Origin: Selaginella moellendorffii
Taxonomy: Eukaryota > Plantae > Lycopodiophyta
Direction of reading: 5' to 3'
NCBI RefSeq assembly: GCF_000143415.4
Contig: NW_003314266.1
Coordinates: forward strand, 828,463 to 892,462
DNA length: 64,000 nucleotides
Shown here: positions 35,797 to 46,848 of the stretch, piece after piece
Layout: each line of letters begins with the position of its first letter
Position numbering within the stretch: position 1 is the stretch's first letter
The notes under the pieces: generated by a model
What the model was told of the DNA's origin: nothing
The model's input: only the letters and a program-made list of their open reading frames with translations
Databases searched by the model: none
Made by a program: the position numbers and the translations under genes

Positions 35797-38700
35797 ATGG
35801 CGGAGGCCTCGGGCCTTGGACCCTGGGAGCTGGGCGGCGATTCCAATTTCGAGAAGCGGCATGGCGGGCGGCGATCCTGGCGCGATGACGATGGCAGCGG
35901 CGGCTCCGCTTTTGGCGAGCGGGCTGCCGATGATGATCTACTCTGGGCCGCGTTGGAAAAGCTGCCGACGTATCGCCGCCTGCGCACGGCATTCTTGGAG
36001 GAAATCGAGGGTCAAGAAGGTAAGAGCGGTCCTTCTTGCGATTTCTTGATCGAAATCCTGGTCGATGGATCGCTTTCTCGCGATATTTCGACCGAATTCT
36101 TGCGCGATCGGTCCCTTCTGATCGAAATCTGTGTGATCTGGCAGGAGGCGCGGGGCAAGATCACGCGGACAAGAGGCTGTACGTGGATGTGAGCTCGCTT
36201 AGCACGCAGGAGCGGCAAAGAATCCTCGAGAAGGCGTTTGCTACCACGGAGCAGGACAACGAGCGGCTGGTGGCGAGGCTGCGCGAGAGGATTCAAGCCG
36301 TCGGCGTCCAAATCCCCCGGATCGAGGTGAGGTTTTCCAACCTCTGCATCGCTGCCAATGCATATGTCGGCTCCCGGGCTCTTCCGACGCTCTTCAACTT
36401 CGTCAGGAACTTGGCCGAAGGATTTCTCTCAGTCTCTGGGATTCTGGCGTCCAAGAAGAGAGAGATTCAGATCCTCAAGGACGTGAGTGGGGTGGTGAAG
36501 CCGGGAAGAATGATGCTGTTGCTGGGGCCGCCGGGGTCTGGAAAGTCGACGCTCTTGCGAGCTCTAGCAGGAAAGTTGGATCCAAGCCTCAAGACATCGG
36601 GCTCCATCACCTACAATGGACACAGCTTCCAGGACTTTGAAGCTCGCAGAACCGCGTCTTACATCAGCCAGGATGACAACCATATCGGAGAGCTTACTGT
36701 TCGCGAGACTCTCGACTTTGCTGCTCGCTGCCAGGGCGTGGGGTTCACCTATGACATGCTGGTGGAGCTCGTTCGTCGCGAGAAGGAGGCGCACATAAGG
36801 CCGGATCCTTACATCGATGCTTTCATGAAAGCTTGCGCCGTCAAGGGGGCCAAGCACAGTGTCCGGACGAACTATATCATGAAGATGCTGGGACTGGAAG
36901 TGTGTGCCGACACGGTTGTGGGAAGTGATATGCTGAGGGGTGTCTCGGGTGGACAGAAGAAGCGCGTGACAACCGGGGAGATGATCGTCGGTCCAAAGAA
37001 GACGCTCTTGATGGACGAGATCTCCACAGGTTTGGACAGCTCCACGACGTTCCAGATTGTGAAGTGCGTGAGGAACTTCGTCCATTGCTTGGAAGCGACG
37101 GTTTTGATGGCTCTCCTCCAGCCGCCACCGGAAACTTTCGAGCTGTTCGACGACGTCTTGCTGCTGTCCGAGGGTCATATTGTTTACCTTGGTCCACGAG
37201 ACAGGATTCTAGAGTTCTTCGAGAGCATGGGATTCAAGTTGCCACCGAGGAAAGCGGTAGCTGATTTCCTTCAAGAGGTGACGTCGAAGAAGGACCAGCG
37301 GCAGTACTGGTCTGATGACAGCAGGCCTTACAAGTACATCTCCGTGCCTTCCTTTGCAAAGGCATTCAAGGACTTTGAAGTTGGCCAAGATCTCAGCATT
37401 TATCTCGCAACGCCGTACAACAAAGACTCTAGCCACCCCGCAGCTCTGATGAAGACCAAGTACGGCATTTCAAAGTGGCAGATGTTCAAGGCATGCACGG
37501 AGCGAGAATGGCTGCTGATCAAACGGAACAGGTTCTTGTACACGTTCAGGACTGCTCAGGTTGCCTTCATGGCCTTCGTGGCGGGAACACTGTTTCTAAG
37601 AACGAGGCTCCATCCGGACAACGCGACAGACGCAAACCTCTACCTGGCGACGCTGTTCTACGCTCTGGTGCACATGATGTTCAACGGTTTCTCGGAGATG
37701 TCTATCACGGTCCTGCGGCTCCCGGTGTTCTACAAACAGAGAGGCAACCTCTTCTTCCCAGGCTGGGCTTTTTCGCTTCCAAACTGGATACTGAGGATTC
37801 CCTACTCGATAATAGAGGGGGTCATATGGTCGTGCATCGTCTACTACACGGTCGGGCTTTCTCCAGAGCCAGGAAGGTTCTTTCGATACATGTTTCTTCT
37901 CATACTCATGCACCAGATGGCACTGGCGATGTTTAGATTCATTGGTGCGGTTGGAAGGAACATGATCGTGGCGAACACTTTCGGCTCGTTCGGCATCCTT
38001 ATTGTATTCCTGCTGGGAGGCTTCGTCATCGACAGGACTCACATTCCTGCGTGGTGGATATGGGGATACTGGGTTTCGCCACTCTCCTATGCCGAGAACG
38101 CACTGGCAGTCAACGAGTTTAGAGCTCCAAGGTGGGGTGACATATATATGGAGATATTGGAGCCTCGAGGATTGTTTCCGGATACTTACTGGTACTGGAT
38201 AGGAGTGGTGGTGCTTGTCGGCTACACGCTAGTGCTGCAGCTGCTGGGAACTCTGGCCCTTTCGTATTTCGATCCAATCCGTAAGCCTCAAGCGGTGGTT
38301 ACCGAGGAGGTTTTGGAGGCGATGTCAAGTGACGAAGATGGAAAAGGAAAAAACGATGAAGAGTTTCACGAGGTGGAGATGGAAGTGCTGAATGACCAGG
38401 CTAAGGGGATGATTCTACCATTCGAGCCACTGTCCCTCACGTTCCACAACGTGTGTTACTTTGTCGACATGCCGGCCGAGATGAAAGCTCAAGGCGTGAC
38501 GGAGGACAGGCTCCAGCTGCTTCGAGATGTTAGCGGTGCTTTCAGGCCTGGTGTTCTTACAGCTCTTGTTGGAGTCAGTGGAGCCGGGAAGACGACTCTG
38601 ATGGACGTTCTCGCTGGCCGGAAAACTGGTGGCTACATTGATGGGGATATCAGAATTTCCGGCTTTCTTAAGGTCCAGAAAACATTCGCAAGGATTTCCG

Positions 38701-40247
38701 GCTACGTAGAGCAGACAGACATCCACTCGCCTCAGGTGACGGTGTACGAGTCACTGATATATTCTGCCTGGCTTCGTCTCCCGGGAGAAGTTGATGCAGC
38801 TACCAGGTACTCGTTCGTGGAAGAGGTGATGGAGCTGGTTGAACTTGGAAGTTTGAGGAACTCGCTGTTGGGACTTCCAGGGACGTCCGGACTGTCTACC
38901 GAGCAGAGAAAGAGGCTGACAATAGCGGTGGAGCTCGTGGCAAATCCCTCCATCATCTTCATGGACGAGCCAACCTCGGGTCTGGATGCTCGAGCGGCAG
39001 CGATCGTCATGAGAACTGTGAGAAACACGGTGGACACGGGAAGGACAGTTGTGTGCACCATTCACCAGCCGAGCATTGATATCTTCGAGTCGTTTGACGA
39101 GCTACTACTGATGAAACGCGGTGGAAGAGCTATATACGTCGGCTCGCTTGGACCACACTCGAAGACTATGGTGGACTACTTCGAGGCGATACCCGGAGTC
39201 CCTCCCCTGAAAGAGGGCTACAATCCAGCGACATGGATGCTTGAGATCTCCAGTCCAGCAGTGGAGGCCCGACTCGGCAAGGACTTCGCCGACATCTTCA
39301 AGAGCTCGGCCTTGTACCAGAGAACCGAGAGCCTGATTGAGTCACTCAAAGTTCCAGCAGCAGGCTCGAAGGCCTTGGCTTTCTCCACGGACTATGCAAT
39401 GGATACTTGGGGCCAGTGCCGAGCTTGCCTGTGGAAGCAGCACTTGACGTACTGGAGGAACCCGTACTACAACGTCGTCAGGCTCTTCTTCACGTTCGTC
39501 TGCGCTCTGATCTTTGGATCCATCTTCTGGGGGGTGGGAAAGCACCGAGAGACGCAGCAGGACGTTTTCAACGTGATGGGAGTCCTGTTTGGAGCGGTGG
39601 TGTTCTTGGGAGTCAACAACTCGTCCAGCGTCCAGCCGGTGGTGGCCGTCGAGCGAACGGTGTTTTACCGCGAGCGAGCAGCGGGGATGTACTCCCCTCT
39701 CCCGTACGCGTTCGCGCAGGGGGCCATCGAGCTGCCGTATATCCTCGTCCAGACGCTGCTGTACGGGGTGATCACGTACGCGATGATCCAGTTCGAGCTG
39801 TCGCTGGCCAAGTTCCTGTGGTACTTGCTCTTCATGTTCCTCACCTTCGCCTACTTCACCTTCTACGGGATGATGGCGGTGGGACTCACTCCCTCGCAGC
39901 AGCTAGCGTCGGTGATCTCGTCGGCCTTCTACTCGGTGTGGAACTTGTTCTCGGGATTCTTCATCCCCAAGAGGAGGATGCCCGCCTGGTGGGTGTGGTT
40001 CTACTACATCGATCCGGTCAGCTGGACGCTGTATGGGCTCACGGTGTCGCAGCTCGGGGACGTGGAAGATGTCATCACTGTTCGTGGCAGCCTTGGCGAG
40101 ATCAGCGTCAAGAGGTTTCTCAAGGACTACTTTGGCTTCGAGGAGGACTTTGTGGGGGTCTGCGCTGCGGTCATGCTCGGCTTTGTGATTCTCTTCTGGC
40201 TCGTTTTTGCGTTCTCGATCAAGTTTATCAACTTCCAGCGGCGATGA
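35797..40247 (+). CDS. Full-size ABCG/PDR transporter (ABCG31-like), 1441 aa, single intron 36020-36144
   Basis: [12 protein letters not shown]; [12 protein letters not shown]; [12 protein letters not shown]; [10 protein letters not shown]; [42 protein letters not shown]; ends INFQRR*. The splice keeps frame. Confidence 0.95.
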
Positions 40248-40593
40248 GGTAATGAAAGCTTTAAGCTCGTTGTGGACGATCTTTGGCTGATTATTTTCTT
40301 TCCCTTTAGACAGGATTTACCGAAATCCATAGAGACGAAAGGAGAGGTCAGTAAATTGGATACCATACTCAACATTCATACTTTTGTATGTGACAGGCAT
40401 AAGCATTTTTTTCCTGCTGTGCAGACTTTTCACTAGAGGTAATGAGAAAGTCACTCTTGTCAGCTCATTTGCGAATGACGTTCTTAATGTTTGTGAAGCA
40501 GGATATACCGAGCAAATCGATAGCAATGAAAGAAACTCACCAGTCAGTAACGTTCACTGCATTTTAATGAAAGAACATTTTTGCTGATCTCCG

Positions 40594-42453
40594 CTATTTT
40601 GCAAGAGCTCCTTCATCCTTTGCGAGCTTGAGGATGCTCGAGAAGGTCACAAAGTACGAATCCCCGAGACCGGGCTCTTTCTCGACCACCTTCTTCGCAA
40701 GCTGGGCTCCCAAGGCTGCCGGATCGACGTCGAGCTTGCAAGCGCTGAGCAGGCTCGTCCACGCGATCTCATCGGTGGTAAACGGCATGCTCGCAATCAG
40801 ATCCTCGGCCTCTCGCGTCTTTCCGGCCCGCCCCAGCGCGTCCACCATGCAGTGGTAGTGCTCCACGTTTGGCAAGATCCCTCCAAGCCTCATGCAGTGG
40901 AAGTAGTTTCGAGCCTCTCGGACGAGGCCCAAGTGCCGGCAAGCGCTCAAAACGCTGACAAAGGTGACGGAGTTTGCAACCAGGCCGTCCATTTCCATGT
41001 CGTGGAAGAGCTCCAGCGCCAAGGGGGCATGCCCGTTTTGGGCATATGCTTGGATCATGGTGTTCCAAGTCACTACATCCAACTCGGGCATTCTATCGAA
41101 CAAGAGTCTCGCGATTCCAAGGCCGCCATTGAGAGTGTAGCTCGACATCAGGGTCGTCCATGCCACCACGTTTTTGAACGGCAGGGATTCGAAGAGAGCG
41201 CGGGCCTGCTGCGTGTGGCCGTGGATGCCGTAGGCCTGCAGGAGATTCGTCCAAGATACCACGTTTTGCTCTGGCATGGTGTCGAGCATCTGTGTTGCCA
41301 CGGCCAGATTCCCGTTTTGGGCATATGCCGAGAGCATCACGGTCCAGGAGACGACGTCGCGCTGCGGCATTTGGTCGAAGATGCTCTTGGCCTCGTGGAG
41401 ATACCCTTCCCGGGAATATGCCTCGACCATGGCGGTCCACACGACGCGGTCCCTGTGCGGCATTCTGTCGAAGAACTCGCGGGCTTGCTCGAGATAGTTG
41501 CCGCACTCGACGTATGCGAAACACATCGTCGTCCATGAAACGATCGACTTGTGAGGGATTCGGTCGAAGATCTTGCGTGCTTCGAGGAGATTCCCGAGGC
41601 GGGAATATGCTTGCAGGATCGTGTTCCAGGCGATCTCGTCCTTGACGGGCATGTCGTCGAAGATCCTTCGAGCGTCTTGGATCCTTCCGGACTCGGCGAG
41701 CGCCTGGATGATCGTCGTCCAGGAGACCTCGTTCTTTTGCGGCATCTCCTCAAAGATTTTCAAAGCCTCGTCAAGATGCCCGTTTGTGGCAAATGCTCGA
41801 ACCATCGCCGTCCACGAGACGACGGTCTTCTGCTTGATATTTTCGAAGAATTTTCTTGCCTGGAGGAGATTTCCAGCTTTTGCGTATGCTGATGCCATTG
41901 TCGTCCATGTCCGGTCATTGGGGCTTTCCATCTTTTCAAACAGCGCTCTTGCTTTGTCCATATGCCCGGTTTGGGCATATGCATTGATCATCGCGTTCCA
42001 TGCTACGACATTCTTTTCAGGGATGCTCTCGAAAATATCTAGCGCTTTCTGTATATCACCTTTTTCACCGAACGCAGCGATCATGAACGTCCACGATGCA
42101 ATGTTGCATGGCGACGTATGGAGCATGTCCGTTGCTTTTTCAAGATGCCCGTTTCGGGCATATGCGGTGATCAAGATATTCCAGGAGTAGGCATTTGGAT
42201 ATGTGATCTCGTCAAACACGCGCTGTGCGTCGACGAGGCTCCCGCATTTGCCGTACATGTCCATGAGAAAGTTGGCCACGAAGCGATCGTTGGTGAGGTC
42301 GATGGCATTGCGAATTTCCGCGTGGAGTTTCCGGCCTTGGTGAAGATCACGGCACGATTTTAAGATCTGGACGTAGTGCGAGGGCAAATCGTGATTGGGA
42401 ATGCGATTGAGAGGAGAAGGTGCAATCGATGTGTCTAAAACCCAGACTTTCAT
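40594..42453 (-). CDS. PLS-class PPR protein with long 31-aa SS-repeat tract and truncated E domain
   Basis: Repeated VVSWT..I.A....G....AR..FD.MP units; TFVSVLSACRHLG, EHYHCMVDALGRAG, AWTSLLSAC; no DYW. Confidence 0.9.
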   Translation of the reverse strand: MKVWVLDTSIAPSPLNRIPNHDLPSHYVQILKSCRDLHQGRKLHAEIRNAIDLTNDRFVANFLMDMYGKCGSLVDAQRVFDEITYPNAYSWNILITAYARNGHLEKATDMLHTSPCNIASWTFMIAAFGEKGDIQKALDIFESIPEKNVVAWNAMINAYAQTGHMDKARALFEKMESPNDRTWTTMASAYAKAGNLLQARKFFENIKQKTVVSWTAMVRAFATNGHLDEALKIFEEMPQKNEVSWTTIIQALAESGRIQDARRIFDDMPVKDEIAWNTILQAYSRLGNLLEARKIFDRIPHKSIVSWTTMCFAYVECGNYLEQAREFFDRMPHRDRVVWTAMVEAYSREGYLHEAKSIFDQMPQRDVVSWTVMLSAYAQNGNLAVATQMLDTMPEQNVVSWTNLLQAYGIHGHTQQARALFESLPFKNVVAWTTLMSSYTLNGGLGIARLLFDRMPELDVVTWNTMIQAYAQNGHAPLALELFHDMEMDGLVANSVTFVSVLSACRHLGLVREARNYFHCMRLGGILPNVEHYHCMVDALGRAGKTREAEDLIASMPFTTDEIAWTSLLSACKLDVDPAALGAQLAKKVVEKEPGLGDSYFVTFSSILKLAKDEGALAK

Positions 42454-42507
42454 TTGAAGATCTCAGTCATTTCTAAAACGTATGATCATGATATGTTCTT
42501 GGCTGTG

Positions 42508-43717
<1,210 letters not shown>

Positions 43718-44399
43718 TGCACGCCAACAACCCTAAAGAGGAACCCTAAAGTTGTCCAAAGTAAGTCAACACTAAACTTATTCATACCGGCAACTATATC
43801 TCCCATATTTGCCCAATGACTTGAGAATATTGTGCACACAAAAGCTCATTCGTAACCTCAAAAGGAGAGTCGATATCTTTCCTAAAATAACAACACATCC
43901 CTGAAAGAGCACACGATACGCATGCTGGACTTTCTTATTTTTCTCAGGAGCTGCGTCAATGAGCGATTTCCAATCGCTTCTAGCATTCTTTAGCCTCGTG
44001 ACAACACTCAAGGTGAAGTGATTGAGGCGATCAGAATCCCATCCCCATTCAGCATTCTGAAGCTCAAGATTTGAATTCAAAGATCATGAAAAAACTAAAT
44101 ACCTGTGGGAAGAAAAAAGTCATGGTGTCCACTGCTGTGTGCTTCCATCCTGGATTTGTAACAATGTAGTCCCGATGTCTTTGTTAGATACTGCTTGAAA
44201 ATGTTCCATCCCAGATGATCTATTCGCTGGCTGTGAAATCGCTGAAGCCCTAGTAGCGCGACCACGGTCGGGGAGTAGCGTCAGTGGGCTAGAGTGCGGC
44301 GCTTGCACTTCAATCGTAGCGACGCCATGCCCGTCTTGGGTATACATTGCGTTCCAAGTTGAAGATCGATCTTTCGGCAGCGCCCATCGAGCGAGAGAA

Positions 44400-44575
44400 G
44401 ACCGCGAGCTGATTGACGCAGCATCTGCTACAGCGCTGGAAGAAGCCAGCCACACCTTTGGACGAAGAGCTGGAGGAATTCCCTTTACCATCGCTTTGAG
44501 CTGCTTGGACTTGGCATAAGCGGCGAGAGTAGTTCTTGCGAATTTATCCAGATTCCAATCCTCTTGCTTGGATCA
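44400..44575 (-). pseudogene. RabGAP/TBC-domain gene fragment
   Basis: QLKAMVKGIPPALRPKVWLASS resembles the TBC motif LKxLIRKGIPPxLRPKVW; no recognisable continuation. Confidence 0.5.
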
Positions 44576-45508
44576 ACAACCATTGCCGGTGCTGCCCCTT
44601 GACCCTCCTTCTTTATATCGTTGAGAAGAGCCACGTCTTCCAGCGGCACCTATGCAGCACTTCCAGTGGAAATGAAAGAATGGCTACTTTCCTAGTCATC
44701 CACACCACTGCATGCTACCACAAGAACACCTTGATCATTTTAAGATTGTGACATTATCCAACGGCTCAGTTCGCACTTGAAAAGATATTTAAACCTTTTT
44801 TAAAAATCTTTATATAAATTGCTTTAGTGTTTCTTTTTGTATTCAAAGTAGCCATGATTGTTAAGAAATTAAATGTGAAAAATTGTTTGGTAGTATGTTT
44901 TGATTTTTTCTATGTTATTCATTTAGTTTTTTAGTTGTAGGATTAATAATAAATGTTTTTTTAAAATTATTTAATGACACAAAAGTGAAACTATAAAATG
45001 TTTACACTCATTCTATGTTTTTCTTTCTACAATCTTTATTTAGTGAAAAACACAAAGAAATCATTTCAATATGATGTCATAAAATAAAATAAAAATTGAA
45101 AAATAATAAAATGCCTAAACGATATCCTCTTCCTTTTATGCATTACAACTCAAAGATTTCTCACCTGACACTCCTCCCTAACTAAGATTAATATAAACAA
45201 CAAAAAAAAACGATTTAAAAGAAAGAATGAAATATAAAAGAAAAGGGCTTATGAATAAAAGTATTTTTTTTTTCTAATTAATTAAAAATTTTGGAACATT
45301 TAGATTTAAGTGTCTTTAAATTTGAATAGTACTAGGTTGGGTGACTTCCCAAAAAAAATCTAAATTTAGAAGTTTACACTTCTCGTGTTTGACTTTGTTT
45401 ATTAGTAAGACACTATCACTAGTCAAACCTAGAAGTAACAAATAAAACATTTATATGGAGGAAAAATGTTATTTTCAAAGAATTTTTATTTTTTATAAAT
45501 AATGAACT

Positions 45509-45682
45509 TGTGAGGGCCAAGTGTACGGCTACGATGCCGTATACTAATATTAGCGTAGTGGATTTTGGTAGCCGTCGGATTGGTTTCAATCCGGACCACT
45601 CGCTCCTGTATATAAACTAGGGTTTTTGGGTTAATTAATATGCACATTTCTGTATTCCCTTTCCATATTCTATGCACTCACA
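45509..45682 (+). repeat. 5' LTR
   Basis: tgtgagggcc...cactcaca; 171/174 identical to the 3' LTR. Confidence 0.97.
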
Positions 45683-45915
45683 TTGGTGGAGGTGAGGGGC
45701 ACCTTTGATTGTCCCTGGGGAGTGTTTGGATTTGGGATTTCGGTTTAGATCTAGCTTTTGCATCGTCTAGATCTAGCTTTTTCCATTTCCTTTCTTTTGT
45801 TCTTTCCTTTCAGGATTTTGGTTTAGATCTAGCTTTTTGCATTGTCTAGATCTACCATTTCTTTCCAGCTTTTTGTCATTTCTCTTCTTTTGCTCTTTCT
45901 TTTTCATTCATCTTC

Positions 45916-46848
45916 ATGGCCGATCCACAATCTCCTCCTTTGACTCTAGAGCAGCAGTTGGTTCAATTGCTTGATGCTATGCGCTTGCAATTGAACAACC
46001 AAACTCAGTTAATGGCGGCGTTCACGGCACATGGTACAACTCCTCCTGCTTTTGGTGCCAATCCTCGCGTTCGGCCGGAGTTCTTTCGTGGGAATCCTGG
46101 AGATGATGTGTATCATTGGTTCGATCACTTCACGGTGATTGCCACATATCATTCTTGGGATGATGCTCGACGTTTGCGTGAGTTCCCCATATGTCTCCAA
46201 GGGACGGCATTGCAGTGGTACAATGGATTGAGCGCAGCTACTCGTGGCAATTGGAGTGTTCTTCCGGACGTCTTCAAACGCGCCTTCGGACACGCTGACG
46301 ATTGTGATGATGCCTTCCAACAATTGCATCGTCTTCGCCAAGGGCCATCTGAGTCGGTGATGCAATTTGGCGTTCGTTTCCGAAGTCTTTTTCTTCGTGC
46401 GGAGCCAAATATGTCGGAGCGGATCAAGCTAGGAATGTTGTGGCCAGCACTTCGTCAAGATCTTGTCGGACTTGTGCATGCACTTGCTCCTGCCACCCTT
46501 GACGATGCTCTTCGCTTGGCACAACGTTATGAGACGTCACTTCTTCCACTTTTTGGTACACGTCCTTCCACTCCACTTCCTATGAGTGATGGTCCTGTTC
46601 CCATGGAGGTTGATGCTGCTGCTACTCGAGTGCAAGGACAAGGGTGAGGACGTGGTCGTGGCTGTGACGTTCGTTGCTGGGTGTGTGATGAAGTTGGTCA
46701 TACTTATCGGCGTTGTCGGCGCTTTCCGGATTGGCGACCTCCATTTCCTGGGTGGAGACCTTGGCGTCAGCAATGTCCCATTGGTGCTGCTGCGGTGGAA
46801 GGTTTGGATACCGAGGTGCATTCGGGAAACGAGGAGTCGCGCGAGTAA
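45916..46848 (+). pseudogene. gag: gag with in-frame TGA at 46645-46647 upstream of the zinc knuckle
   Basis: Capsid-like PEFFRG, LQGTALQWY, LRQGPSESV; the frame continues past TGA to CWVCDEVGHTYRRC and TAA 46846-46848. Confidence 0.85.

Noticed and set aside
36036-36144. ORF-track N-terminus of the 1403-aa ABC protein
   Set aside because: Intron sequence; the conserved [10 protein letters not shown] exon starts at 35797.
46645-46647. Programmed stop read-through in gag
   Set aside because: TGA falls in a G-R-G-R run and is best explained by CGA>TGA deamination; no CARYYA read-through context.
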